From contig NC_135906.1 in assembly GCF_964194155.1 (NCBI RefSeq), forward strand, positions 6,572,001-6,636,000: DNA of 64,000 nt. The letters are read 5' to 3'. Under the pieces are notes generated by a model that ran no database searches, was not told the origin of the DNA, and worked only from the letters and a program-made list of their open reading frames with translations. The position numbers and the translations under genes were made by a program. Below, in pieces: positions 21,626 to 36,195 of this stretch (position 1 is its first letter; each line of letters begins with the position of its first letter). Source of the DNA: Cetorhinus maximus. Taxonomy: Eukaryota.

Positions 21626-24600
21626 ATGGGGGATTTTGTAGTGAGGGCTTTGTTCCCAGTGCTGGTGTTAGTTGGAGCTGTTTGTGGCACTGATACTTGG
21701 CAACAGTTTCTAGGCCAGAGCTTTACATGGGCCAGAGTCAGAGCCACCCCTGTGCCTCAGACAGTCTCTCCTCCTGGGCCTCCCTTTGGTTCCCATTTCC
21801 GTGTATCTCCACTGCAGACTGTGATGGTGCAGTGTGGAGAGGAAAAGCTGCTGCTCAGGGTCCAGCTGGATTTATTTGGAACCAGGCACCTGATCAAAGC
21901 TGCTGACCTGACTCTGGGGACAGAAGGTTGTCGGCCAACAAGGATCTACTCTCAGAACCACACTGTCCTCTTTGACTATGGACTCCATGAGTGTGGCAGC
22001 AGGTTGCAGGTAATGGGAATCCTCAGCTCTTGCTCTAATCTTGGGCTGTAGATTGTTCCCCACCCTTCATTCCAACACTGGGTGAGATGTCAATGATATT
22101 GAGGAGATACCTGTCACCTGCTTTCTAAAACCCCAAGTTAGCTTTCTATTGTGTATTGTACTTTGCTTTAACTTGTTTCTGAGTGTCTCCGAACTTGTGA
22201 CAACAGCCCTATTGGTCTTGAACCACCTTTTTGGTTCCTCCAAACTTTGCCTTTTGTTGTTTTGAGGATTTTCGGCTCTCTTCCCCTCATTCAGATCGAT
22301 CCAACTGGAGGCTTCGGTTTCAGTCCGGTTTAATCCAATTGAGTTGTGTCTTAAATGAAGAAAATGAAATGGGAATTGAAATTTATTGCACTAAAGAGGA
22401 ACTCCACACTTCCCACTTTTCCTGTCATTGGAATAAATGGGGCCCTAGTTTCAAACTGTTCTATTTCCATGCTCCATATTACTGTCCAATTGTGGCTCCT
22501 TTTACTGTTAACTGAAGCTGTCCTTTTGTTGACTCCCTTTCCTATTCATGGATCCTGGTCTTGTTCTGATGATCTCACTCTTTGGATAAAGGGCTGAGGT
22601 TGCATAGCAACAAATAACCAGATGAGGTCACATGGCCCCTCAAGCCTGTTCCCCAATCATTAGGATCCTGGCTGATCTTCTACACAACCTCCATGTTCCT
22701 GTCCTCTTAACATATATTCTTAGATTCCCTTAAAGCCCCAAAATAAATCCATCTGCCTTGAATGTGTCCAATGACTGAGCATTCCCAGATCTCTGGAGTA
22801 CAGAATTCCTAAGGTACATGATCTGCTGGATGAAGTAATTCCCTGTCACAATCTTAAATGACTGACCCCTGACCTGAGATGAACGCCCCAATAGTCAAGT
22901 CTCTCCAGTTGGGGGGAAGGCAGCCTCTTCACACTGACCCTGTCAATCCCCCTCAGAATTGTTTCCAGGGGATGGGATGACTTCATTGTTAACCCCTGTG
23001 GAGAACATTCTCATTTCAGATCAGTTCTTCATTCCTTAACCTGATTCTTTCAGATGGTTGGAGATTTCCTCATCTACACCACCCACCTGAACCACACCCC
23101 AGAGTATCATGGATCTGTCATTGTGAGAACGAATGGAGCTGTCGTTCCCATTGAGTGTCGTTATTTTAGGTGAGAATCTTTACTCGATTGTCAATAAGAT
23201 CTACAGCTGCTGGTGGTCTCTGAAGTTGTCCTAAAATGACTCCCCTGCCTTTCCAGGAAGGGCAACGTGAGCAGTGACCCCATCAAGCCCACCTGGATCC
23301 CATTCATCTCCACCAAGTCTGGAGAAGGGCATCTGTCATTCTCTCTGCGCCTAATGAATGGTATGTGATGGGCGGAGGGGAGTGATTTCCTCTAGTCACT
23401 CACTGGGAGTTACAGCCACTGTCTCTAACCCTTGTCCTCTTGTACTTCAGGTGACTGGCTTACAGAGCGTACTTCGACTGTCTACTACCTGGGTGAGCTC
23501 ATTCACATTGAGGCCTCTGTTTCAATGACCAACCACATGCCCCTGAAGCTCTACATTGACCGCTGTGTAGCTACATTGAGCCCAGACAAGGATTCCACCC
23601 CGAGATACAGCATCATTGACCACAATGGGTAAGGATCTGTCTGCTTTCTCCAGCTGGTCCCATCTCAATGGCTTCACTTGATTCACTTCCTGTCTCTTTT
23701 TAATCTTTCTTCAGTTGCCTCCTGGACAGCAAAGCTGAGGACTCCTTTTCAACCTTTGTGTTGCCAAGAGACGAGCGGGAGCTGGACAAGCTCCGGTTTG
23801 ACCTGGATGCGTTCCGTTTCCTTGGAGATGACCGTTCCTTGGTAAGAGGAAGCTGATCATTGGGGTCTCCATGTTGGGAGGGAGTCACTGAATCATGACT
23901 TGTGTTGAATGTGTCCCTCAGATTTTCATCACCTGTCACCTGAAAGTTGCTCCAGTTGATCAGAGGGATTCCAGGAACAAAGCTTGTACTTTCCAGAAGT
24001 TGCAGAATGTGTAAGTTCCCTCTCTCTCTCTCTCCCTCAGGGATGTGTTGTGTGGGGTTGTGATGCACAACCTGGTTGATGGGCTGTTTCTCTTGTTTAG
24101 CTGGACCCCACTGGAGGCATGGAGCACTGACATTTGTGCCTGTTGCCATGTGGGTAACTGTGGTGCCACAAGGGAGTTGTGGTTTGGTCCCAGAGGAAGG
24201 AGAGATCTTGTACCTGAAGCTGGTAGGACATTGATCCTCTAGATGTTGGATGTCCCACTTTCCCCTCACTAACTGAAATGTTTGATGTTGCAGAGAGTGA
24301 AGCTGGATTGAAGTGGGAGGGTGAGGCCTCACTTGGACCCCTGCTCATTCTGGATACTGATGTGACCAAGCTGGCAACAGAGTCCCTGAATGAGGCTGAG
24401 CGAAGGATGCAGGAGAGGTCTCCAGGTGGTGAGTTGGCCGACTGCTGGTTTCCATTTTCCCCCTCCGTGTTTCCTTCACTAACCATTGGTTTCTCATTGC
24501 TTTGTAGGTGTGGAGTCTGAGGTGGTCCTGATCGTGGCCCTGACTGTGACAGCTGTCTCTCTGATCTCTGCTTCATTGCTGGCCTTGTTCCTGTACAGGA

Positions 24601-24629
24601 AACACAAGCAAACTCTGGTCAACCAGTGA
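21626..24629 (+). CDS. zp3: ZP3/ZPC-like gene, copy 2
   Basis: Same 9-exon structure as copy 1 at offset +17217; no disabling change seen. Confidence 0.95.
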
Positions 24630-26724
24630 CCAAATGATCAATAAAGTAGTGATTCCTTGATCTTCTGTCTGGGTGTTGATTTGTCTCCATCCTCAACACG
24701 TTCAATATCTCCATGGAACTATTGGCCGGCTTCGGTGTATCCAAGCACAGAACTAGGCCTCCGGAATGATGAAACAAAAAGAAAAACAAAAGCTGTTGGA
24801 AAAACTCAGCAGCTCTGCCAGCATCTGTGGAGTGAAATAGGGTTCATGTTTTGAGTCCAGATGATTCTCTTCAGTTTTTCTTTTTGTTTCTCATTTCTAT
24901 CTTCTGCAGTATTTTGCTCTTATCTCCCGAATGATGGGTTTACTGAAGGCAGAGAGAAGCACTAACTTTCACTCCTTTGGGCTACTGCTCATTTTTCTGC
25001 CTACGTCAGAACCCTGGCTCCTTAACTTTAACTACCAGGTGTGGGGCAGGGGGGTGTGAGCAGGTCTGGGGCCTCCTTGTGGACCTGCTCCTGAGCCTGG
25101 CTGCTGTGGGTGTTTACTCAGGCTGCCTCATTCTCTTCCATGCTGATGTTCACCCCCTGGAGAGGGGACTCACTGTATTGGAATGTTTGAGGTTTGCTGT
25201 CATCAGTGGTTATGAGGTCACAACTGCAACCATTATTTTAGTTTCATCACCCATTAGACTTTTTTTGACACTTGAGCTGCTGCTCTTAAAAGCTAATTTT
25301 TGGGTAGTGATAACTCATTCTCACTGAGCAAACTATGAACTAAAGCTTGTGTATTGTGGGAATAGTGAACCTGCAGATCAACCACAGAAGGTGGCGTGAG
25401 AGCTAGCATAGTTTTGTAACATGGTCTGAGAGAAACATTAACTGCTAATAACTGGGAGGTAATTAATTTTCAAGTGCACCAGCTTTCCCATCTTAATACA
25501 ATCTTTCTGTACATGAATTAAACAGCTGAAGTCCTACTAATTTAATACTGCTTTGAAAATCCTCCTTTCCACCCCAGGGATCCTTTATACTTTTGGGCAT
25601 TTGATGGTTCCCTAGTGTTGATATCACTGGACCTGTCATCTAGAGGTCCAAGCTAATGCTCTTGCTATAGGTGGTGGAAATTAAGGTCAAATAATAAATC
25701 TGGAATATTAAAAACCCATCTGGTTAACTAATGCCTTCGAGGAAAGGGTATCTCCCCTCCTTACCTGGTCTGTGTGTGACTCCACACCCACAGCAGTGTG
25801 GTTAACACTAAACTGCATTTTGCAATAGCCTGGCAAGTTACTCAGCTCAAGGACAAGTGCTGGCCTTGCCAGTGATGCCCACATCCTGGGAGAAGATTTT
25901 TAAAAATGTAAGATGGAATTTTATGAAAAGTAATAGTTACACAACCAAAAGACCTGAAATATGAAATTAAATATTAACTATATGGGGCTAAACTGTCAAA
26001 TTATTAAGGTTCATGAATGAGTGTGTATGGACTTCCAGAGGGCATTCAATAATCTTTCACATCCAGAATGGAGGAAAAATGAAAATGGTGATTGAGAGCA
26101 TCATCAGACCATCAGGATGTGGCATATGTTGGTTCCCAGGGGTCTGATCTGGTGCTTGAACTTCACCCGTGACTTAAATATCCAACTGTCTATTCGCACA
26201 AGTTTGCAGGTGATGTTAATCATCAATCCGAGAGGAATAGGGACACAAATGAGATTGAGTGAGTGGGCCAAACAATGGCAAATGTCATTCCGTGCAGGCG
26301 AGTAAGGTCAACCGCTCTGGAACCAAGCAAGGGAAAATTACGTTTTTGTCTGAATGGTGGAGGAACAAAGATGTGAGAGAATTCAAACAATCATTATAAA
26401 CTAGCGTAATGAAAATTGTTGGAATATTGGACTCTCAAAGGGAGGGATGTGATGCTTCAGTTTTCTAGAAACTTGGGTACACACACATCTGGATTTCAAT
26501 CTGGACTTTTGGGAACCAAACATCAAATGACACTTCTGTTCTCTGAGTTTCAATACTGATTGTTTTTATCCAAAGACTTCATTTTGCTCAATGTTTAACT
26601 TTCCTGATTTTCAAGATTGACGGCTGATCTGATTGAGCTGTTTAAACTGTTCCAAGGATTTGGTAGGGTAGCGATGGGGGAATTATTTCCTCTTCTGGGT
26701 TACTTGAAGTCTGGCTCAGCCTTA

Positions 26725-29700
26725 GGTAGTTACCAGTAAGAGGGATGCAGTCATTGGAAAGGGATTTATGTAATCAACTCCTTTAGAAACTACATGCTTG
26801 AGCCAGGACCACAACGAGAAAGCGTCAACCCCAGGATTACCCGCAGTTAGGACACATTCGTCTGTACAATCACATGACTTCTAAAGGCAGTAGGGAAGGT
26901 TATACCTACAATCACGACATTTCCTCCCCCTTTAGTTTTCTTTACATTTCCTATTTACAAAGAATATTTTAATCCACCACATGTACATATATGCTTTGGT
27001 CATGTGGTTAAATATTAAATCTTTCTCATACATTTAGAGCAGCGTAGCTCCATCACTTCAGACTCTCCCACTGGATCGACCTGATCAGGAACTGCAGTAT
27101 CAGGGACATCCTTCGACAGTAGTAGTTCAGAATTTGGGACTTCAACAGAGACATCAGGTATGTCTATTCAAGGTCGATCCGTCACCTCAGGGAATAAAGG
27201 TTCAAGATGTCTTGTGGAATAGCTGATTGTTGGAATGTCCCTCTCAACCTTAGATGATCCACATATTTTCAAACAATCTGGTCTTTCACTTCCACTTGGA
27301 ATGACAAGGGTCCAGTTTCAGATAAAATTATACCAGGAACCCAACTAGGTCCATTTCCAAAATTCCACAGGAAAACTGAATTTCCCACAGTAAATCTTCG
27401 AACTTTACTATGAATACGGTGAATTAATTTCTGACTACTCTAATTCTTCTCTACCTTCCCCTTGAAGTTTGGAAACACCAGACCAACCGTGTATGAAGGC
27501 GACATTTCATCACTAGTTCAGATGGTGTTGAACCCGTAGTTGCTGAGGAGCCGTACCTTAATTGAGAAGAAAGCATGAAAGTCAAATTTCTAAAGTACCT
27601 TTGGATAAAACTTCTTCATTCCTGATGTGAAAGTTTGCACTGCTCTTCCAGCTAACCCATTTGATGAGGGGTGATATTGTGCTGTTTAATATGTTTCATT
27701 CCATTTAAACTCATGAATCTCTGAAATTCTGTACTCGTGAATGCTGGACCGTTATCCTAAATAATGATGTCCGCTAGGCCACGTATACTGAAACATTGGC
27801 AAGGCTTTTCAATAGTTGCGCATGATGTCAGTGATCTAACTTCATACACATCCATTCACTTGGAATGTGCATTGATGATCAATAAAAACATGGTGGAATG
27901 GCTTTATCCTCCCTCATCAGTATAGTCCATCACTCTGGTGAAATGTTGTTTGTGCAGACACTGGTGTCATTTCTTCACTCCAAATATTACTGATAAACCT
28001 TCCTTTTCAAGTTGTAAATTGCCCTTCATGGTTTCAGAGAGGGTTCTCGAGACATAGCCGGTTGGCCTTTCGGAACCAACTTCCATCATGTGTGATAACA
28101 GCGCTCCCACACCGTAAGGAGATGCATCAAGCACCACAGGTTAATATTAATTCTTTTGATGGGTCATAATGTACCAGTAAACATGACGTATGTAATAGCT
28201 TCTTGATTTTCATGAAGGTGCTTCTCGTTGTGCATTCCATGACCAAACATGGTTCTTTTCGAACAGTACATGTAATGGTTCAAACACTGTTGACAAGTTT
28301 GACAAGAAGTGACTATAACCATTTATCGTTCCCAAAAAAGACTTGAGTTCAGTGACACTGATCGGAGAGGGTGCCATTCAATTCCCCTGACTTTCTCCTC
28401 TACTCCTTTGGCATCCGCTCGGTGACACAAGTAAGCAAAGTATGTCGCTTGGAAGGCATATTTCTCTTCTTCCAGCTGTACACTAGCTTCCAAAAATCAT
28501 CTTCAAACCTTTTCTAGGTTGACCAACTGTTCGGCTTCCACTGACCCTGTGATTAGGACATCATCCAGGTATACCACTACGTGGGGAAGTACTTGCAGTG
28601 GACTTTCCATGGTCCTTTGGAAGATTGCACATACAGATGATATAACAAAGGGTAGGCGTGTATATTGTTGCAGGCCCTTGTGCATGTTAATGGTTTCGTG
28701 CTGTCCAGCTTTAGCTGTTGGGATGCATGGCTCATGTCCAGTTTGGATTAAGATTTTCGTCCTGCTAGTTTAGCGTACAAATCGTCAATCCTCGGGATAG
28801 GATATTTATCTAGTTTACGTCACGAAGAGATATTAATGTCTATAATGTTATTGGAAATCACTTTTAAAATGGAATTGTAGGGTGTCTTGTGTCAGTGTGT
28901 TTGACTGTGTGAAAATTAATTAGATTAAAGCCAGCCAGTCTGGGAGCTTTGATGTACAGTCGTTCTGAGATGTTAATTAGATGAACATAAGAAGAAGGTA
29001 AAGTGTAAATTTGCATTTGTTGATTAAAGGATTAAAGGGCAGGACTAAAATCTTGCACCTAGCTAGAAGACGCCAAGCAATGTGTTTACTTTTTTTCAGC
29101 TTACTAATAAAATTGGTGGAATGAAAGGATATTATTGTTAGGAGATGTAACATTAACAGCCTGGTGATACAATGGAAAATTTACATTCAAAGAAAACACT
29201 AGGTATAAACAGAAAAGAGTTTGTGTGTTTAAGGCAAAGGCATTTATGATCTAACCAGCCTGTAAGCCCTACAACTGTGTCTGCAAAGGAACCAAATTGC
29301 AAGGAACCTCATTTTGAATTTGTAAGGCCAAATATGCTTTTCCTCGTGTTTGTTTAAAGTCTATGGTTATTATTGGCTTGGTGGAGATTTACCTGGAAGT
29401 GATAAATTTGCAGATTTGTTTAAAAGTTACGATGGTATTAATTTGTAGATGTGTAAGTCGTTAATTTGTTGTTAAGTTAATAAATGTTTAATTTAGTTTG
29501 ATATAAAAACATTTTGAGGCACAGTGGTCTTATTCCTGAATTCAGAGCTGCAAATTAAATATACCATTTGAAAATACAGGTTATGAAAGTTGTTCAAGTT
29601 TCCCTCTGGGATTTAAACAACTCAGCCTTTACCAAGTGCTGAGTCATAATAATTGGGGGCTCTTGGCAGGATATTATTTGTAATTTTTTGCTTAGTTCAG

Positions 29701-32700
29701 AATGGGTGAATCTTAAGGATAGGAGTACGAGAAGCACTTTGTATTCAGGAGTTGGTGAAGCTTTTTGTTAGTTGTGAGGCTGCAAGATGGCTTTGGAAAT
29801 TGCTAAGACTTGTCTGGGAGTAGAAGATATAACTCTGATTGTGTTACAAATAGTATCCAAGGATAAGTTAACAGATTTGGCAGATAAGTTAAAATTAGTG
29901 TTGCCTGTAGGGGTGAAGAAAGCAGATATAATTAAAGGTACAGCACAGCCTCTACAGTTGGAAGTGATACCTGACACCAGTGAGTCACAGCTGGAGGTAG
30001 TGAGACTTGAGTTACAAATGAAGAGGCTGTAACTTGAACAATCAAAGGGACTGAAAAAAATCTTGAATTAGAAGCAAAGGAAAGAAAAGGGCATTTCAAA
30101 GGGAACAAGCAGAAAGGCAGGAGAAAGAAAGGAAGCTGGACCTGGGATTTCAGGCAAGAGAGAAGGATAAAGAAAGAGTGGTAAGGGAAAGAGAGAAGGA
30201 AAGAGAAAGAGAATAATTTCTTAAAAGGTTAGAATTTCAAAAAGAGACCTGAGATTCGGAGGAGAGTTCTGATGATGAAAAATCCTTTAACCGAAAGCCC
30301 AGTGGGGAGATGTTTAGGATTGTACAAGCTGTTCCAAAGTTTAAGGAAAAAGATGTTGATGCATTCTTTATTTCATTTGAGAAGATAGCGAAAATGATGA
30401 AATGGTCACTGGAGTATTGGACATTGGTGTTACAATCCAGGTTGTTGGGTAGAGCAGATGAGCCTTTTTCTATCTGAAGAGGTATCAGTGAAAAATGATG
30501 TGTTGAAAAAGGCTATTTTGAGTGAATAGGAGTTAGTTCCTGAGGCCTACATGCAGAAATCTGGGAATATAAGAAAACAGGCTGGGCAAACTTATATATT
30601 TACTTTGAGAGAGTAAAACAATATAATTTTGACTGGTGGATACCAGCATTAAAAATAGAGACAACCTTTGCAGCTCTTAGAGAAGAAATTCTTCTGGAAG
30701 TATTTAAAGTTTCAATTCCTTCGGTAGTGTGAACTCAAGTGGGGAACAGAGAGTTCAAATGGTAAGACAAGAAGCAGTTCAAGCTGATGATTATGAGTTA
30801 GTACACAGAGCTAAACATTTTTTCCTTTAGCCTTTTAAATCCAAAAAGGATGGAAAGTGGGAAGGTGAAAGGAAGTGCGTAGTTAGGGAAGAGAAAGGGT
30901 AGCTGGAAATTCCCAGAAAGTTTTTTCTCAGAATAAAAAGGAAGGTGCTGAGGAGTGACTTTTGAAAATTGAAAAGTGAGGTGTTTTCATTGTAATAAAG
31001 TGAGGCATACAACGTCAGTGTGTTGGAAATTATAGAGAAAATCTGTTGGAATTATTGGGGTGCAGAAAAGTTCTGGAAAGAAAAGTACTGTGGGTTCTGA
31101 GGTTCAGGCACAGGAAAAACAATTGTTTGAGAACAGGTAAAGCAGTAAGTTTCAGTAAAAGGTAAAGGAGTGGGAATGTGTTCACAATTTGCCCAGGAGA
31201 AATCGGAGGGGCAAGTCGCAAAAATGTTAAAGACTTTGTGTGTGAAGGGAAAGTCTTTCCTTGTGTCCAGGGTGGAGTAGGTAAAAATGTTAACATTTTA
31301 AGAGACACAGGGGCTAGTCAATCATTAATGTTGTGGGGTAGTGATATTTGTGTTGAGAGGGATTACTGCAGGAGCAGTTGATAATAAGCGGGGTTTGTGG
31401 AGATGCTAAACCTTCCACCCTTTTGGAAGATAAATTTCAAGAGCAAATGGAAGAAAGGGGAAGTTATTGTTGGAGTTGTGGGGAAATTGCCCTTTGCAAG
31501 GTTTCAAATTATTTTGGATAATGATATAGTTGGGCCAGAGATTTGTGTGATGCCTCTGGTAGTTGAGTAGCCTGTAGAAGCGTTTTCAACAGAGGTGTTA
31601 CAGAGAGAGCATCTTGGATTGTTTCCAGCTTGTGTGGTAAAGAAATCACACGCTCATAGATTGAAACAAGAACAAACAAGCAGGGGAAGCAGCTCAAAGG
31701 CAAGAAGAAGGTGTCAAAATCCAATCAGCTGGCCATGTATTTAATAACACTGTTCAGGAAGAAAGCACAATTCAGCAGAAATGTTTAACTCAAAGAGGTG
31801 AGTGGAGTTACAGAAAAAATGATTTGCAATTAAAAAAGTTATAACAGGCAGCTTACTCAGAATAAGAGGCAACATGCATTCCAGTATGTTATTACCTTAA
31901 GGGTGATATGTAAATGAGAAAATAGAGGCCAGATTATGTCTCAGCAAATGAAAGTTGGGGCGAGATGCAGCAGATTGCTGGCCCATTAGGTTATAGAAAT
32001 GAAATGTTGAGAATTGATCATGAAATTCCAAATGGGTGGGGTGGGGGGAGTTGGTGGGTGATATTTAGGAATTAGGAAAACAGAGGAAAAGATACAGAGG
32101 TTTCTTTTTTGGCCAGGATTGCACATGGATGTAGTGAAGTTCTGTAGAACATATCACACTTGTCTGGAAATAGGGAAACCACAAGCATTGATTAAGCCGG
32201 CACATTTAATTCCAATACCAGCATTTGAAGAAACTTTAACTAGGGTCACCATTGATTGTGTAGGAGCCCTCCCTCAGACAAAAAGTGGAAATCAGTACTT
32301 ACTGACAATCATTGATGTGTCTACCAGGTTCCCTGAAGCGATACCTTTAAGAAATATTACAACCAAGAAGATTGTGGAGGAGTTCACTAAATCTTTTACA
32401 AGATATGGTTTACCTAAGGAAATTCAATCAGATCTGGAGTCAAATTTCATCTCACAGCTATTAAAGGAAGTAATGAACAGTTAGGGGATAAAACAGTTTA
32501 AGTCAACACTTATCATCCAGAGTCACAAGGAGCTTTGGAAAGATTGCATCACACTTTAAAACTGTGATAAGAGCCATACTATCAGTATTATCCACAACAT
32601 CGGGATGCAGGAATTACATTCTTGTTATTTGCTATTAGAGACGCTCCTAATGCATTGCCTGGTTTTAGCCTTTCTGAACTAGTTTATGGTCATGAGGTAA

Positions 32701-35700
32701 GGGGACCACTGAAATTGATTCATGAGAAATTGGTGTGTCAAAATTCAGAATCTATTCTCCTATATTACATATCTAATTTCAGGGAAAGATTGAATAGAGC
32801 ACATGAGTTGTCTCGGGAAGATTTAAAGATGTCACAGCTAGTAATGTAAATGAAGGCAGACAAGAAAGCAACAGCTCACCAGCATTGTACCTAGAGAGAA
32901 AGTGCTAGTTCTGTTACCAATCCTAGGTGATTATTTAAATGCAAGGTTTAGTAGGGCCTTGCAGGGTGAAAAGAAATCGAGTGAAATATATGATTTAATA
33001 AATACCCCAGATAGAAGAAAGAAGCAAAGGGTGTGTTACGTAAATATGTTTAAAATGTACTTTGACAGGGAAAAGGAACAAAAAGAGGTATTAGTGATGA
33101 TGGATGATGCAGGACTCTGAAATTGATTTTTCGCTAATCAAATTGGATAATGAGGGGGTACTTGAAAATTTAAATGAAAGATCAAGTTATCTTCCAAGCA
33201 AGATCAAAGTCATTTAGAAAAGCTATTGCACTCACACAAACCTATTTGTGGGAATAAGTTGGGGAAGACCCATTTAGCAATACGTGATGTATCTAAACAA
33301 GTTTCATCTTAAGTAAGGCAATATCCTTATAGATTAAATCCGGCAAAGTTATCACCAATACAAAAAGAAATTGATTTCATGCTTCAAAATGATATCGTTG
33401 AGTCTAGGTGCAGCAACTGGAGTTCGCCTATTGTACTTGTCCTGCAGTTGGATGGAACCCAAAGTCTATGTGTGGACTATCGAAAGGTGAATGCTGTGAA
33501 ATAAGCGGATTCATTTCCTATACCACGGTTAGAATATTGCATTGAGAAAGTGGGACAATCGAAGTTTATCACAAAGATTGAAATGCTAAAAGGATATTGG
33601 CAGGTATGGTTGTCGGAAAGAGCAAAGGAGATATCGGCTTTTCTGATACCAAATGGACTACATCAGTTTAAAGTCATGCCATCTGGTTTGCAGAATGCAC
33701 CTGCAACATTGCAAAGACTGACAAACAAAATAATTGCAGGTCTAAGCAATTGCGCTGCTTATATTGAAGATCTGATAGTTTTCCATCAGAGGTGGGAGGA
33801 GCATTTACAGCATCTGGAAAATTATTCACTCGACTACAAGAAGCTAATTTGGTGATGAACTTGGCGAAAAGTGAATTTGCAAAAGTGCAAGTTACGTATC
33901 TAGGCCATACCATTGGGCATGGTAAGGTGGCTCTGGGAGATGCAAAACTAAAAGGATATCGTGGATTTCCCAGTGCCTACAACAAAACGGGAGGTTTTGC
34001 GATTTCTGGAGAACGAGTGGGCTTTACTGGCAATTACTACCAAACTTTAGCCAAGCGGTAGCTCCAATGACTGACCTATTAAAAATGAACAATAGCTTCA
34101 ATGGACACTGGAATGTCAGAAGCCATTTGACAGTTTGAAAACTGTATTGACCACTTGTGTGGTACCCAATTATGCCAAGCAATTTATGTTGGCCATTGAC
34201 GCGAGTGATAATGCCATTGGGGCCATACATTTAGAACAGGGTGACACCGGAATTGAATTATATAAAAAGCCTCTTGAGGCTTGGTGGTTTTATTCCTGAA
34301 TTCAGAGCTGCATCTCAAAAATACCAATTGAAAATATAGGTTATGACAGTTGTTCAAGTTTCCCACTGGGATTTAAACAAGTCACCCTTTACCAACTGCT
34401 GTGTCATAAGATTTAGCAGCCTTGTTCACAGTTAATTTGTAGTCTCCACGAATGGGAATAGTTTGATCTGGTTTCATCACAGGGAGTGTGGGTACTGCCC
34501 ATTCCAAAAATTGGACTGGCTGGATGATGCCCAGCTTCACTAAGCGGCACAATTCTGCATCCACCTACTCCATTACGGCATAAGGCACAGGTCTAGCCTG
34601 AAAGAAACAGGGTATCACCCCCAAATCTACATATATTTTTGTCTGTAAGCCTTTTGTCTTTCCCAGTTTATCTTGAAATACGCTGTCGTACATTCTTAAC
34701 AGCTGAGGAATTCCTTCTGTTCTCACTTGAAAGATTTCTGACCAGTTGTGCCTAATTTTTTTGTAACTGGTCCTGGCCCAGAAGACCAGGCTCTTCATCT
34801 GTCACGATAACCACTGGCAGCCATAAGGACACAGGGAAAGTGCCAATGCCTTTTAACTGTGTTGACTCTCCAGTGTACACCTTCAGTTGAACCGTGCTTT
34901 GCTACAGATTCAATGGCTCGTTTCGATAATTAAATGTCTGTTCTCCCACCCGTGTAGTCAAATTTCTTGTGTCTATCTCCATGACGAGAAACTTCCCATT
35001 CACTTGAGGGGGAATGTTTATTGGTTCAGTTTTTGCTGATTTGACATTGTATAGGGAATAGGTATCATTATCAGCAGCTTCAGATCAATAATATTGTGCA
35101 CTTCAAACTTCTTGGTCTGCTGTCTGATTGGCTGTCTCAATTTCGCCCTGAATTACTTTATTATGTGCCCCTTCCTGTGGCTGTAATGGCATTCTGCCTG
35201 TTTAAATCTGCAGGTTTCCAGTACATGGTTACACACACATCTGTAAAGGTAAATTTCTGAATTGTTTCGGAGATTCTTCCATTTTGCTTTTTCATTTTTT
35301 CAACAGCAGAGACTGTCTCCCGCTTCCCGGCTGTCTGTGCGGTTTACGGGCCCCGCCCAGTGCTAGGTTCCCGCCCCACTGAAGAATGGCGCCATGTTGT
35401 ACACTCTGTAAACCTGCGAGTCCCTCTCAGCCCGCTCCATCGCTAGCGCTATTTCCATGGCCCACTTCAAATCAATGTTAACATCAGCAAGTAAATGGTG
35501 CTGAATGGCATCGTCGTGAACGCCACAAACTAACCGGTCCTGCAGCGTGTCATTGAGTGTATCTCCGAAGAGGCAGAGCTCCATCAATTGCTTCAACTTC
35601 GCTATATAGGTTGTGATGGACTCTTCTGGGGTCCCTATTCTGGAGTTAAACGTATGCTTCAGCTGAAAATACAACTTTATGAGGTTTACCGATTCACTAT

Positions 35701-36195
35701 AAGGTTTAGAATTGGAGGCGTTCGGGGTTGTCAGACTACAGGTGAGTTTATATTTGTTGCTAACACAGACTCTTAAAGGAATTGCTTTCTGCTTCTTCTT
35801 CACTGTTATTTCATTTGCCTTGAAATAAAAACCTGGGCGCTCTATGTACTGGCTCTGATCTTCCATGGCTGGGCCATACAGGTCGACTCTGCCAAAATGT
35901 GGCATGACTGGTGAGTATAATCTTCTAAAGAATTGATATACTCACATTCACAAGGCGAGGTGCAGCGTCGGAGCTATTCATCCTCATCGCCAAATGGAAT
36001 GAACTTGATGTAACGGACAGGTTTCTTACCTGAAACAGGTCACTTCATTCCACAGCTCATTTAGAAGCTACTTACTGGAAACAGATCCAAGACTAGAAAG
36101 CTCCACCCTCAGGATTACCCGCTCTGGGCTCATTCGTCAGAACAATCATGTGACCCCTAAAGGCAGTAGGAAAGGTTAAACCTAGAATCACTACA
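26725..36195 (-). mobile_element. Decayed Mag-like Gypsy element, next copy (segments 26725-28817 and 34412-36195)
   Basis: Same as 9508-18978 at offset +17217. Confidence 0.88.
28818..34411 (+). mobile_element. Gmr1-like nested element, copy 2
   Basis: Offset +17217, same TTTA TSD. Confidence 0.9.
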